A stretch of 60,000 nucleotides of DNA, taken from the NCBI RefSeq assembly GCF_018977255.1, contig NW_024704743.1, forward strand, positions 8,062,001 to 8,122,000. The letters run 5' to 3'. Position numbers and translations under genes: made by a program. The notes under the pieces were generated by a model. It saw only the letters and a list, made by a program, of their open reading frames with translations. It was not told the origin of the DNA and did no database searches. Positions 47,071 to 60,000 of the stretch are shown piece after piece; the stretch's first letter is position 1; each line of letters starts with the position of its first letter. Origin of the DNA: Callorhinchus milii (Eukaryota).

Positions 47071-48670
47071 AGCAGTTGATTTTGCTCGACTAATACATTT
47101 CCAAATACGTACCAAACTACATTAAAAAAAATTCTTTCCAGATTACATAACTGATGAAATGTACGTGAATATCACAGTCACCTCTCAAATGCTTCCTTTT
47201 CCCTGTGAATTTAATTAAAACGAGCACTAGGGAACATTTCATGGAACTTTTCCTCCACCACCTCTCTGGAAACCTTGTCCATATGTTGAATGAACTTTGG
47301 ATGAACCCTCTGCTGATTTTACTGGAAACCTTAAGGTATTAACTCAAATACAATTTATGAATACATATGATAATGAAGATAGTTAACTTTTGTTTAACAT
47401 TCATTTAGAAGGTTGTAGGAAGCACCTGTTGAGGAATATAATTGGTTGCAAATGTGTTTTTCTGGGTTCAGATTATTTAGAAATCCCAGGGCAAACTATC
47501 AGGTGCTCAGGAATTTGTTCTAACTGTTTTTAGACAATAAATTATTAGACCACCTAGGTCATGGTTCAGCTTTAAACCCAGGTGGAAATATTTTACCTTT
47601 ACAAGTCAATTTAACATTTAAAATGAAACCTTTCCTGAAAAGTAACAGTTCTATTTGAGTTGTTTCCTGCTGGAGATTGGCGAATGTTACAATAAATGGG
47701 TGTCTGTACATACTTTATATGCCTAAACTAGACTTTAAGGATTTAATTCAGTGCTTTACTTTAGATCGTTATCTTCAATGAGAAAACTTAAGTAAGTAGT
47801 CATTTGCAAATATGCACATGTTTGCATTAGTTTTCCTATTTCTGGTATGGTATATACAACCTTAAAAGTTTTACGTTGTCTACACGGATGATTATTTTTC
47901 CATAAAGATGTACTGTACATTAACTCAATTTTATGTGTTTTTTCCTCATAAAATATTTCCTTTCTTCATCAAACTTTAGAATATGGTTTTGCAGAGTTGT
48001 TTCTCCAGCATCATCTTTGCTACCAGGGTGTTTTGATTTGGCCTTGGGATAAAACTATTCTTTTTCTTGATTTTGTAAAATGATTTGTTGATAAATTGAT
48101 AATGATTTTGTAAATTTCCAAGTTCCTGGACTATTTTATTGGATAAATACCTTGTATGTTTTTTAAGTGTCTAATGTAACTCATCATAGTTTTCAACTAT
48201 ACTTAAATGAATTGATAGTGATTTATTTGTCGTACATGTATTGAGAAATAAGTAACCTAATCTGAATTTTTTTTAAACAATGCCTTATGTTTAATTCCAG
48301 CGGATCAGAATACTGTGCTACTCTAATAGTCTGCTGGTATATGTCTCCAGTTCCTAACATAGTGCGTTACTGATCCTTGTAGTATATAACAATAGAGAAT
48401 ATGCTTTCACCCACAGAAAATAAATTATATAATTGAAAGAATAAGGTTGTTGTTTGGGACGTGATTTATAGAACTGTTATTGTATCACTGTAAATGTTTG
48501 TTTGTTAACCCAGTAGACTGGAGGGATAAGCCTCAGTATTCAAAATAACATTTTCCCTTTCCTTACTTGTCTTCAAACCACAGTTTCTAGTTTCCCCCCA
48601 GATTCTTAAACCTAGTCATTGAGGTTACAAATAAAATTGTGTTTTGTTCTTCCCCACATCCCAAAATTGT

Positions 48671-49035
48671 ATAATAATAATCTTTAAATTTGATATAGTG
48701 CCTTATACGCCTTTGAGATGTCTTAAAGCGCTTCACAAAATATATTGTAAAGCAAATTGATTGTAATTATGTGGGCAAAACGCGGCAGCCAATTGTCCAC
48801 AGCAGTGTCCCACAAACAGTCGTGGATTGAGTTACCAAATTATTTTTTAAAAAAAATTGAAGGAATTATTACCCTTAGAAAAGCAATCCGCCAACTGGGT
48901 TTCTACTTACTGTTAGGTAAATAGAGGGGTGTGGAGTAAAGAAACTTGCCCAACGTTTCACCCGGCCCGGGAATCAAACCCAGGTCCTCTCGCTTGTGAG
49001 GCGACTACTCTATCCACTAAGCTACAGGATTCCAC
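48671..49035 (-). mobile_element. Full-length SINE family B long subfamily
   Basis: tRNA head, CAGTAAGTAGAAACCCAG central insert, Deu-like block, (ATT)n tail. Confidence 0.9.
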
Positions 49036-51592
49036 TGCTGTATTAACATAGCAATATTGTTTCAGTTAAACTGGTCCAACTGAAAAAACTTAGACCTTGA
49101 TAGAAGATTTGTCAGCTTAGATATGTGCAGTGTACACAAGAATATGACATCTAAGACGCTTAACATTTTTGTGTGTAGGTTTTAAATTATTTAAAAGAAA
49201 AAGAATTACTAGCAAAAGTGCTTCTAGGTCAGAAATGTTTTCTCTAATCTATCTATTCAACTCCTAAAGGACACCAGTGCAACATTTTTTATTTCCCACA
49301 CCACTGTGAGTGCCAAATTGTGGCCTGCCGAAAATCACTTCCAAAAAGCACCCTTAGAGTTGAGACCATCAAATTTGCTCGGTTTGAAATCCATGCTCCA
49401 GAACTGAAAGACTGAATCTGCTATGCTTTCCAGCTTCCTACAGAAATATTGAAAATTTGATTATGAGTGAGTGCAGGAGATGTTTTCAGGCTCTCATTAT
49501 GGTGGTCGTTTTAAACTGTTTTTAACCCAAACAATGTGTGGCTGTTTACAGGAACTAAGTCTATCTGAAATGCCCCAGGGTGGTGCTTATCCTCCTTTAA
49601 ATAGTCTCCTGTTCATTAGGTCAACTTTGTAAAAGATTAAAGTCAGATGGCACCTCATCCTGTAGCACAACTAAATATGTCCAGTGATGACTTAACAGGG
49701 ATGTTGTTGCCCCGCAAGGTCATGGGTTCTTGGAAAAGAATTCTCAAATAGCCAGTTCGTATTGGTTACTATCTCCTTTGATGGAAACCAGGAAAAAAAA
49801 CTGCATCTCATAATAATCTAAGAGTATTGATGAGGTTATTTTAATTGTATGCAGTGGAGGAAGATTATGCCACAAATACAAGAAGGAAATAAAGCTATTG
49901 ATAAAGAAAATTATCAATAAAGAATTGATAATTCTTTGATAAAATTAAAGAATTTGATAAAGAATTCAATTGAGGGATAAGAAAGATGTGAAGTATTATT
50001 TTTATATGTTGAGAGGTTATTTAACTGTGATCACGGCATTGGGGTTTGGAATTCATAAGCCTTAAGCAAGACCAGAGTAGATGTATAGAATAGCCTTGCA
50101 TCAAAATTAGTAATGCTACATTGATTATTATCTTTTGCAAGAAAAAACTGGATGCGAATGTAATTGTTAAGAATGGGATTGAAAGTAGAATACATTTAGA
50201 TGGCGATCAGGTATTCCATGGAATACAATTGTTTCTGTACTGAGACCATAGAAATGTCAGTTATGCAATGAAAATACAATTGTCTAGTTGAGTTATACAG
50301 GCTGTAATGTTAGATTGATATGCTATATTTTGCTACATTACCTTGGATGGTAGGAGAATGCTTTATCATTTTAGTAATTTTACCTATGATTTATACAGCA
50401 GCTACAAGGGATAAGATGAATTCGATAGACCCTAAAATGAGATAGTTGTACATGCTCTATAAAAGGAATGAATTACATATTTTGTTCTATGCACTATTTT
50501 TATGTGTCTTTCTTTCAAGATGATCAATATTATATTTGTTTTCTAGCATTCAGCATCATTTAAAGAGTTGAGAAAACCTAGCAAACGTTAGTAAAGTGGT
50601 CTGCGTGACGGGTGCTATATAAATGCAAGTTGTTGTAAGTAAAAAAAAAGCTTTCATTGGCTGCCATGTTTTATATGTTCTTGGAGTGTTCGTATGTTTA
50701 TGATGAAATTACACCACTTTTTTCTGTTATATGAATTTTGTGGATGGTGCATCTATCCACCATAAGGATCTTGCATGCTCCATTACACCATCTTGACCAG
50801 TGGAATATTGTAGCAGACAACTCACAAACTATGGTAAAATGGCTCTGTGTGATGTAAGGAAGGACATCAGAGTTATTGATTAGGAGATACAGAGGACATC
50901 TATCCCAATTGTTTATTTGTATCGTTTCCTAGTTCTTGTGCTTATTATTATTATTTTAAGAGAAGAGCTGCTATCCAAGCTCTGAGAAATAACATGGAAA
51001 ATATCTGGATAAAGTGGTACATAACACTAAATATTTGGAGCTAATTGTTTGAACTACTTTGTCGTCAAAACAGAGTATACATTTAATCAAAAACATAGTA
51101 AACTAGCAAATAGAGAATAAACTTAAAAGGTGTTTCCCTGTAATTAGAAAAACATTGTTAATATTTGCAAATTGTTAATATAGCACTACGTATATTGCGG
51201 AAAACTTGTGTACAGAGCTTATATTTAAACTATACTTAGTTGTGAATGAATCTGGTAAATTGTATCATAGCATAGCTAAGCCATTTTAGTTTAAAACCGC
51301 AAGTTTTCTTCGAACAGTGAGCCTGCGATAAAAGCAGCTAAATAGGTTTCTCACAGGTAAAGAAATTAACATATTAACAAGAAGTAGTTAAATAATCACA
51401 ATCCTTACATTTGTTATACCTCGTTTCACGTCAGGAGGATGTCTCAAAGCCCTTCATAGGATTTACTGTAAATTATGATGACTGGGTATTTTATTAGGGA
51501 AACACAACAACATCGTGGAGAACAGCAATGTCCTAAAACATAGTGAAGTGAAATAATAAAGAGGAGGAAGAAATAAATAAATTACAGTAGGA

Positions 51593-52060
51593 TCATAGAT
51601 ATTTACAGTGCAGAAGACGATGATTCGGCCCATTGTGTCTGTGCCGGTTTCCTCAAGGGTAATCTTTTCTGTCTCATTTACCTGCCCTTTCCCCATACTC
51701 CTGTAGCTGACTCTTTTTAAGGTGTTTGTCTAGTTCCCTCTTGAAAGCCAGTATGGATTCTACCTCAACCACCGCTTGTGGTATGACATTTCATATCCTA
51801 ATTTCTCTGTGGTGAAAAATATTCTTCTAATCTCCCCATTTGCTCGTTTACTAACTTATCTTGAAATCTTTCCTAAAGTGGAGTGACCAATATTGGACAC
51901 TATTCCAACTGTGGTCTAACTAACGATTTATATAAGTTATATCATTACCTCTTTGCTTTTATATTCTATGCCCCTATTTATAAAACCTAAGATTCAATTA
52001 GTTTTTTTTGACAGCTTTGTCCACCTGTCTTCCCACCTTTAAGGATTTATGTACCTCCAT
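51593..52060 (-). mobile_element. CR1 3' end, decayed
   Basis: Matches 25521-26220 (ATTCGGCCCATTGTGTCT; ATTCTATGCCCCTATTTATAAA). Confidence 0.8.
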
Positions 52061-53377
52061 CTCCCTTCACTAATTAGTCCCTAATATTTAAAATAAAACC
52101 AGTTTAAACAAAGTACATGAAATAATCATAAAGTAATAAGCCTTGCCTTTGATATAATGTCTTATGGGGCAGTTGAAACAATACTCAATGTCTCAAAGCA
52201 CTTCAGTTGATTTACTGTAAAATGTAGTGACTGTATTTGTAGGCAAACCAAATGGCTGCCTTCAGCACTGTTTTAACCACAGGAAATACTTTTACAATCA
52301 AGTGATGAGGATCTGAGCCACAGAATAATTATACAATTTATGCATGTTTTAGCTTTAGGTTGCCAATGTTTGAAATCATAAATATATAAAGCGATCTAAA
52401 CATTCATATAAAAATCTGTTGCAAATGGGATGTTGTGTACATATAATGAGTCTAGTAAAACTATCTACACTGTTTTTTATTTGCTACTCCCCTCTAATCA
52501 GTTTCCTGTATAGAATGTACACTGAAACTTCATTATATGTCGTGCCTTTCCAGCAGATCTGGTTAATAGCTGAAACGCAGTATAAGAGCAAGCTGGAAAA
52601 GACGTGTTTAGTCTTGAACCCATTTCAAGTCGATTAGTAATGCTTTTCTTTGGTTCAGAGAACTAGTTTCTTTGTGGAGTTTCTATTCAAGTCAATTTAT
52701 AGAGCATATTGCAGATTACATATGATATACAATTATAATTATTGAAAATGATTTTACATCATACTAAGTAATTGAGTAAATTAAAATGAAATTTTGTGAG
52801 GCTGGACTGACTCCTCTTTATTAAAACCTTATGTTGCCTCTGGCATCTTTCTTCCATCCATCACGCGTGTAACTATAATATGGACGTACGGGAACAAATC
52901 TGTATATTAGCCTTCTGGTCTTTCAGGGCACTGAAGTTTCCAGGTGACGTCGTGCACAACATATGCCCAGCCTTAAAATATGCCAGTGTTTGTTAAAATT
53001 GGCTCACACCACCATGATCTTATTATTTCAATCTAAGCAGTAACTTTAAAATAAAACTTCACCTATTTTCCCATCCACAATACAATCATCTTATTGTGTA
53101 AACCTCAAGTGATGGTTAAAAAAATAAAAATACTGTATATTTAATCTGATTCCGGGTTCATCATCATTGGCCTACCCCATGTAAGCGCTCTGGGAAGCTA
53201 CCTTGCGTGAGGGGTGCTATATAAATACAAATTGTTGTTGTATTGGTAACTGTTACAAATTTTTATTACATAGCACATTAAATGTTTAATTTTATCTTTT
53301 GTGGAAATAGTAATTGTATTCATACTTTTGTTAAACTTTGGAACCCAAGAAATAGCATTCTTCCCATCTCCACTATC

Positions 53378-53709
53378 GTGGAGTCCTATAGATCAGTGAT
53401 TAGAGCGCTTGCCTCGCAAGTGAGAGACCTGGGTTTGATTCCCGGCTGGGCAAAATGTTGGGAAAGTTTACCTAGCAATAGGTAGGAACCTGGTTGTTAG
53501 TTGATTGGCGAATCACTTTTCCAGGGATAATAATTCCTTCAATTTTTTTTTCAATTGGTCACTTTGATTGTTTGTGGGACATTGCTGCCGCAAAGTATAC
53601 CACAAAGTATGCAGTCAATTCACTTTATAGTATAGTCTGTGAAGCACTTTGAGACATCTTGAAGAAGTGATAAGGCGCAAAGTCAAATGCAAGGATTATT
53701 ATTATTATT
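53378..53709 (+). mobile_element. SINE family B, full length
   Basis: GTGGAGTCCTATAGATCAGTGATTAGAGCG...GGTTTGATTCCC head; (ATT)n tail. Confidence 0.9.
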
Positions 53710-54591
53710 CCTATCCCCTTCTGTGTATACAATATTGTATTTGGGTGAGAATATTCACAAAATAAACAATAAAATAAACTGCAGTAATGCTGTTAACAAC
53801 AAGCATTTATTTTTAATTAGCTGGTGAAAGTAGCTAACTGCCAGAGAGGAGCAAGAAAGCTGTTGAGATAGTTTTGTTGCTGGAAATAATGAGTGGGAAG
53901 CCTAGTTTATATTTCTTGTGTGATTGGGTGATTTTCTTTCTCGTTTCTTTATCTATTTTCCCCTGAATAAAGTTTAATCTCCTTGATTACTTGGGCAGAT
54001 GACTTAAGAACCATGTAGTAATGTAGATTGGAAGGAGCAACAATAAACCGAATGTTATACAGTCACTTCAAAAGGGTTTAAATGTTGTACAATCACAAAA
54101 CACCATGCAGTAACAAGCACCTCCTACTTAATAGTTTTAAAAACATTGCCCAGGCTGTGAGATCTGTCACTCAATAAAAATGAATGCAGCTCATTCTACT
54201 GTTGGTCTGCTTGCTCTGTGATGCAGTTAAATGCCAAAGCTTTACATAATTAATTAATTTCTGTCTACTGTGAAGCATTAATGCAATCCTAAAGGAATAA
54301 ACTACCACTACCCAAGGTAATTTTACGAAATTACAAAAAAGTGTTGTTAATAAAAGTTGTGATCCAAGTGTGCAGAATGTTCTTGCAAATAATAGAAATA
54401 GGAGCATAGAAGCTGAATCTCGATATATTATTATGCAGGGTAGTGACTGCCATTATTGTAGCTTCAAACTGCTCATTGATTTTCCATATCCACCTTCTTG
54501 TAAAAAGAATCAATAAAACTTTAATGATGGTTCATAGTTTATGCACAGTGTGAAAACCAACAATGTTTGAGTATCTGAGTATGCTGGGATT

Positions 54592-54820
54592 GTGGCGTCC
54601 CATAGCAAAGTAGTTAGTGATCTTGCCTTGCAAGTGAGAGGACCCGGGTTTGATTCCCAAGTGGGGTGAAACCTTAGGAAAGTTCCCTTCTCCACACACC
54701 TCTGTTTACCTAGCAATAAGTAGGAACCCGGTTGTTAGTTGATTGGGGAACATTTCTGGGGATAATAATACCTGAAAGAAAAAATTGGCTGCTGTGTTTT
54801 GTCCACAATAATAATAATTG
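54592..54820 (+). mobile_element. SINE family B, 3'-deleted
   Basis: tRNA head and CCTAGCAATAAGTAGGAACCCGGTTGTTAG. Confidence 0.82.
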
Positions 54821-55093
54821 TTATTAAGTGACTATTTAGAACAAGGAACAGGTTGGTCCGTGCCGAAAGCCAGGAATCAGCGTTATAAGTGAAACTGAGT
54901 TATACCAGGAAAGGTGGTGGGGGGCTGCTTATAACTGTGGTTGCCCTGGATATTGCTAAAACAGTAAAATACTAATTTATGCAAAGGCGTTATGAATCGC
55001 AAGGGTTAGGTTTGATTGAGATGTACAAGCAGTAGAAAAGTACAGAACAAGTAACCAGGCTGATCCAAGTTTGAAGAGGACAATACATGAAGG

Positions 55094-55200
55094 ATAATAA
55101 TAATCCTTGCATTTGATATAGCGCCTTTTCACGTCTTCGAGACGTCTCAAAGCACTTCACAGAATATACTGTAAAGTGAATTGATTGTATTTTATTGTGG
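55094..55200 (-). mobile_element. SINE family B 3' end
   Basis: Tail with inner stem ACGTCT-CGA-AGACGT. Confidence 0.88.
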
Positions 55201-55276
55201 GAATCAATAAAACTTTAATGAAGATTCATAGTTTATGCACAGTGTTGTTGAATGCGCTCAGCAGTGTTCCACAATC

Positions 55277-55735
55277 AACAACAAACAACAACTTGCATTT
55301 ATATAGCGCCCTTCACGCGGGGTAGCGTCCCAGAGTGCTTAACAGTGGCAGAGTCTGACCCCGAGCCTGAGTGAGAGGGACGGGGAGGTGACCGTAAGCA
55401 CAATCAAAAAGGAAGGTATTTAGGTGAGATTTGAAAGTGGGGAGGGAGGGGGTAAGGCGGAGGGATTGAGGGAGAGAGTTCCAACGTTTCAGGGCGTAGT
55501 GGTTGAAGGAATTGCCACTGATGGTGGAGAGGACGAGGGACAAATAGGAGACTGGAGCCAGCCGAATGGAACAGTGGGTGGGGGAGTAGGGGTAAGCAAA
55601 TCGGGTAGGTAGGGAGGTCTGAGGGCATGAGGGGATTTTGAAAAGGGGCGAGAGGATCTTGAAATCGATCCGTTCAGTCATTGGGAGCCAGTCGAGCTTG
55701 GCAAGGACTGGTGTAATGGGGGTACGGAGTTTAGC
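55277..55735 (-). mobile_element. L2 LINE 3' end (second subfamily)
   Basis: ERIDFKILS, SFNHYALKRWNSLPQSLR..FKSHLNTFLF; TTG tail. Confidence 0.9.
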
Positions 55736-56384
55736 AATTTGGAATATTATTCGGCATTGGTGTGCTTTTTATGGTATATTTAAATTTCCCATATGAGTAA
55801 AATCAGAAATGTGTACTAACGTTGGAGGTTTGACATTTTAAGTATATTGCTGTGAGTTCTGGTTTGCATGATATCCTAAGTCTGAGGTACGTGTGCAAGA
55901 TGGTGCTTTTGACAAATCAAATTACTTTGGTTCGTGCTGTGTAGATGAACTTGGAAATTAGTGACTGATTTATAATATTTGGGTACCCTTTTGGAACACT
56001 TTTGTTGCATGGAACTGAAACCTCAAATGCTCTCAAATTGCTCTTTGTATCCCTTGGCGATGTGATACTATACCTTATTTGTCTGGAAACTGCTAGATAT
56101 GCAACTTTTAACTTAACTCTTAACCGTAACTCGGGTTAATTTCATCTTTTGTCATACTGTATTGCATTATTAGTAAAGATTTGGGCTCAGATATTTCCTA
56201 AAACAATTCTATCTTTTAGTGTTTCTCTATTTTAAACTAGTTTCATAGTTTCAGAAAAGAATATTTATTCTGTGTTTCTACTGAATTGTATCCTAAGGCC
56301 TGAATTACACACATATATGGTGTGTATGTATATATATATATATAGTATTAGTGATTCCCCCATTAAGAGGACCAAAAAAGTTAT

Positions 56385-56650
56385 GATTTGGGATCATAGT
56401 AAAAGGAATTAAGGTGTGGGGTAGGAACAAAATTCTTTACAGAGAAGGTGGTTGGATGTGGCAATTTCTGGAACAAACAGTTATTAAAGTAGAGCTTTTA
56501 ATTTAAATGAGAATTAGATAGAAAAAAAGGAATATTAAAAGGTGGAGGAAGTGAGCAGGAGAGTAAGATTAGATCAGATGGCTGATGTGGAGACAGATGT
56601 CAGCACAAACTTGATGGGATGATTGGTCTATTTCTGTAACTTTTTCTGAT
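56385..56650 (+). mobile_element. Decayed CR1 3' end
   Basis: TTCTTTACAGAGAAGGTGGTT (FFTEKVV, resembling the CR1 FFTQRVV motif) and TTGATGGGATGATTGGTCTATTTCTGT 3' UTR. Confidence 0.6.
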
Positions 56651-57929
56651 TCTCAGCTTTGTTCATTTCATATGATTCTCAAGTGAAACAGAATTACAGG
56701 TAAATTCATTGCATCCATTGAAAATCTAATGTTTATTATAAATGGGAGGCTTGACTACTATCTCAGTTATTTAGCTGCAGTTGAGCTCACACGTGTATGA
56801 CGGTAATTGTGACTATAGTTAACATTCTTTTCCATTTCTTTTGTATACCTTTCCATCTCCCAAAGAAAGAAAACAAACTCAAATCTATCATTTCTTAACT
56901 TTTGGCTGAATCGGATACCCAGAATTATGGACTCTTTGTGGAATTGTAATCTATTTCTAAACGTGTCCCACATTGATTTCTTGCATTTTTTCCAATGAGC
57001 TTGACAAACATGTAAAAACATTATGCAAACCTACTTAGTTTTGTCAGTGATGGAAGGAAAAATAATTGGAAAATGATATGTGATCCCCACAGGAAGTAGT
57101 AAAATGCTTATGTGCTGCACTTTTCACATCTCAAACTACAGTATTTGATGAGAAATATAACTGCACTGGATCAAAGCCCTGGATATTTATCATTAGGAAA
57201 TTGGCTTTGTGTGTGTTTAAAGTTAAATACTTCAATTTTACTTTGCACACGCAAAACTCTTCCCAAAATGTTTTTGGCATACTTGCTTGCCGAACAGACT
57301 GATGTAAATCAAGTTTAAAGGGGAGATGTTTTTAATTTCACCTTTTGTAACGTTGCATTATAAGCATAGATTTGGAATTAATGTATTTTTAGCTAATTTT
57401 TCATCAGTCTCTATTTTGAGAATGCTATCTGATAGCATACATATTGTACCTGCAATTGTACGTGCAATTTGGCATTATTTCTTCTAACACATTTCCCAAA
57501 CACACACACACTCTTGAATCTTGATATGTATTTACTTTAAAAACAACTATTGTAAGTGATTTAAAAAAATATATATAGATTAAGAAGGTAGTTTGGCTGC
57601 TTCTGACCAGAGGGACTTGTGCCGTGTTTCCATCAAAAGGATACACAGGGGAAAAAAACAAGCCACAGAAAGACTATGCCCTATCTAAACTCTCAGACCT
57701 CCACTATAGAAATTGTACACAATATGTGCATATTGTCTACTGCTCTGGACCTCAGGCCCCTACCTTTATATCTTGCATTTTGTTTTTCACTTTTTCCTTT
57801 TTTCCTTTATTTTCCCCCCTTATTTCTCCCTCTTTGGTTCTTGTAATATCTTTTATTTCCTTGTAAATTTAAATGTAGCGTGCTCTGGCTATTATCTACA
57901 TTCAACCCAAAATTTAGATTAATCGGTCA

Positions 57930-58598
57930 GAAATCAAGTCCTGGATGAGAGCCAACTTTCTACAGTTGAATATCAGCAAGACCGAGGCTCTCCTGAGCCA
58001 CTGACTTGCGCCAGTGCCTCCGCGCCTCAGGCATTAGCAGCATCAGCATCCACGGATGAACACTCCACCTCACCAAGCCAGTCAGGACCTAGGTGTCTTG
58101 TTCGACCCTTAACTGTCCTGTCTCCCCCACATCTGTGCCTTGACCCATTCAGCATTCCCCCACCTCTGCAACATTGCTCGACTCCACCATCGCTTCACCC
58201 CTCAGGCCGCTATAACCCTCATACATGCCTTCATTACAACCAGGCTCGACTATGCCAACGCTCTGCTTGTCGGCCTTGCCCCCTCCTACCTCTCTGACCT
58301 GCTAACACCCTTATCAATCTTATCCACCCCTTCCGCTCAGCAGACTCTGGCCTGCTCCATGTCCCCCGCTCGGCTCGCCCCGCCATCGGCGGTCGGGCCT
58401 TCAGCCTCTCTGCCCCCACCCTCAGGAACTCCATCCTACAGTCCCTTTGCCTCACTCCCTCCCTTGCCTCCTTCAAGGCACAAGTCAAGGCCACCCTCCT
58501 GCCCCCGCCTCCGTTTGGGTCCTAATCACTGACTGTTCAGCGCCTAGGGACATCCTCCTGACGTGAAAGGCACTTTACAAATGTAATTTTGTATTGTA
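57930..58598 (+). mobile_element. L2 LINE 3' fragment with internal deletion
   Basis: HLCNIARLHHRFTPQAAITLIHAFITTRLDYANALLVGL; stem-loop tail. Confidence 0.9.
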
Positions 58599-58699
58599 CT
58601 CAATTGCTTAGGGGCTGTTGATGCAGATCAGCTGTTGCTGAATCATCTTCATTACATGTTAAAGTTTGTTCTATCTTCCCCAGGCAGTGGGTGGGTGGG

Positions 58700-59190
58700 A
58701 CGTGCGTGTAAGCGGAATCTTAAAGGGATGAGATGCTTCCAAAGTGCCTTGCAATGGAATATCTGCGATAGTCTGGTTTGTGAGCCAGACAGATCCACAC
58801 TGCCCCAAGGCACTGATGATGATGATGGACCACCCAGCTTGTCTCATCAGCAGGACTTGGAGTAGCAGACCAGTCACTTAGCACTAGAATTCTTTCCACT
58901 CTGCTCGTGTTAACCCTGCAAGCCAAACCCCTAACAGATAGGGTGTTCCCAACTGGACAAGCAGCGGGAAACTGTCAGTCAGTGTTTCCAGTGATAAGTT
59001 GTGCAGTTTTAGCTAAATTCCAGCAGTAAGTACTGTATATGCTGGGGACCAACCTTTGACTCTTGCAACCTATGCCTAATAATTAGGCTTGCAGCGTACA
59101 TCCCTCTGGGTAGGGAGTGCACACTGCAGATAAAGGGAAATTGCCATGCATATGTGGAACTCTCAGCAGTTTGGTTTGGTTACCCTTAAG
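58700..59190 (-). repeat. Repeat family X copy
   Basis: Reverse complement aligns with 26580-27090 (TTTGGCTTGCAGGGT, CTTAAGGGTAACCAAACCAA). Both copies give 'MACRVN' in the ORF track. Confidence 0.75.
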
Positions 59191-59569
59191 AATTCTTTGT
59201 TTGATAGACACCAAACTGATGAAAAGAAAAAGTACTTACTGTTACCTATTTCAGTACCAAAAACAGAGCTGATTGTTCTTATTCCCTGCATCCCCTACAA
59301 ACTGCATGGATAAGATGAAGTTAATAGAGGAAACAGCAAAGGAAAGTAGTCCCTTTAAGGTTCAAATCATGCTATTACTTTTCCTCCATGATCTTTGCTT
59401 CCGAGCACATTTGATTACATAACATCATACTTGGATTCCTCCACTCAAGAACACTGAATACTAATCCAGGCTTTTAAGTACAATGCAAATGCTACAATAT
59501 CAGTGCTGCAATGCAAGCCTTCTCTACAGCCAGCCAGTGACCGCAAAGATGGCTGAAAGTACAGTTGAA

Positions 59570-59750
59570 AGGATGGATTTGAAGGTGGGGATGGAAGGGT
59601 TAAGGTGGGAAGGACAGAGAGCGGAGGCTGAATGGCTGAAGACACATCTGTCGATGTTGGGGCAGATTATATGAGGTGCATAAAACACTGTTTGCTGAGC
59701 AGAGGGAATGGCCATGGAGTAGGGTCGCAGAGATCGGGTGGGTGTCAGTA
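59570..59750 (-). mobile_element. Decayed L2 fragment
   Basis: FSHSASAL..PTFKSIL remnant on the minus strand. Confidence 0.55.
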
Positions 59751-60000
59751 ACCAACTTTTACAAACACACACATTGTTGCTCTTTTCTGAATAAGCAATT
59801 GATATAATTCCCTTTTGAATGCGTTAACTGACTGAACTAGGTAGCAGTCTATTCCACAAGTCATGAACAAAAGTTTCCTTAAAATTAATGTATAATTGTA
59901 TCCTCTAGCTTGTTATTGAATTTCCACACTATTCATTTTTCAAAATGACCATCCGTTAAAGTTTGGTACAGACTCACCAATATACCTGTTGTTTGAGGTA

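Noticed and set aside
49895..49972. Repeated TTGATAAAGAATT-like units in both orientations
   Set aside because: Irregular AT-rich slippage with no constant repeat-spacer period; not CRISPR-like.
1..60000. Prokaryotic-type systems (CRISPR arrays, operons, IS elements) or an intact autonomous retroelement
   Set aside because: The sequence is vertebrate intron-like; all LINE copies are 5'-truncated to about 1 kb or less and no regular repeat-spacer array was seen.

Overview
AT-rich vertebrate genomic DNA. The repeat content (L2 LINEs with (TTG)n tails, CR1 LINEs with (ATTCTATG)n tails, tRNA/Deu-type SINEs) points to a cartilaginous fish such as a chimaera or shark; this is an inference. The window appears to begin in the CpG-enriched, GA-repeat-rich promoter/first exon of an unidentified + strand gene (donor after 287, several tiny uORFs). 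The rest is mostly very long intron, with a few candidate short exons (1034-1066, 22233-22355). I recognise no intact host protein-coding ORF; the interpretable ORF-track entries are retrotransposon ORF2 fragments or their antisense shadows. Notable signals: (1) an old unclassified repeat of about 1 kb or more, present as 7 fragments, one next to a tRNA-like head; (2) a 3' stem-loop shared by L2 and SINE copies that shows compensatory changes; (3) a young L2 subfamily; (4) a fossil L1 ORF2 and a fossil coiled-coil/gag-like ORF missed by the ORF track; (5) several fold-back structures and template-switch scars. All alignments were done by eye, so boundaries of old repeats are approximate (about +/-20 bp).
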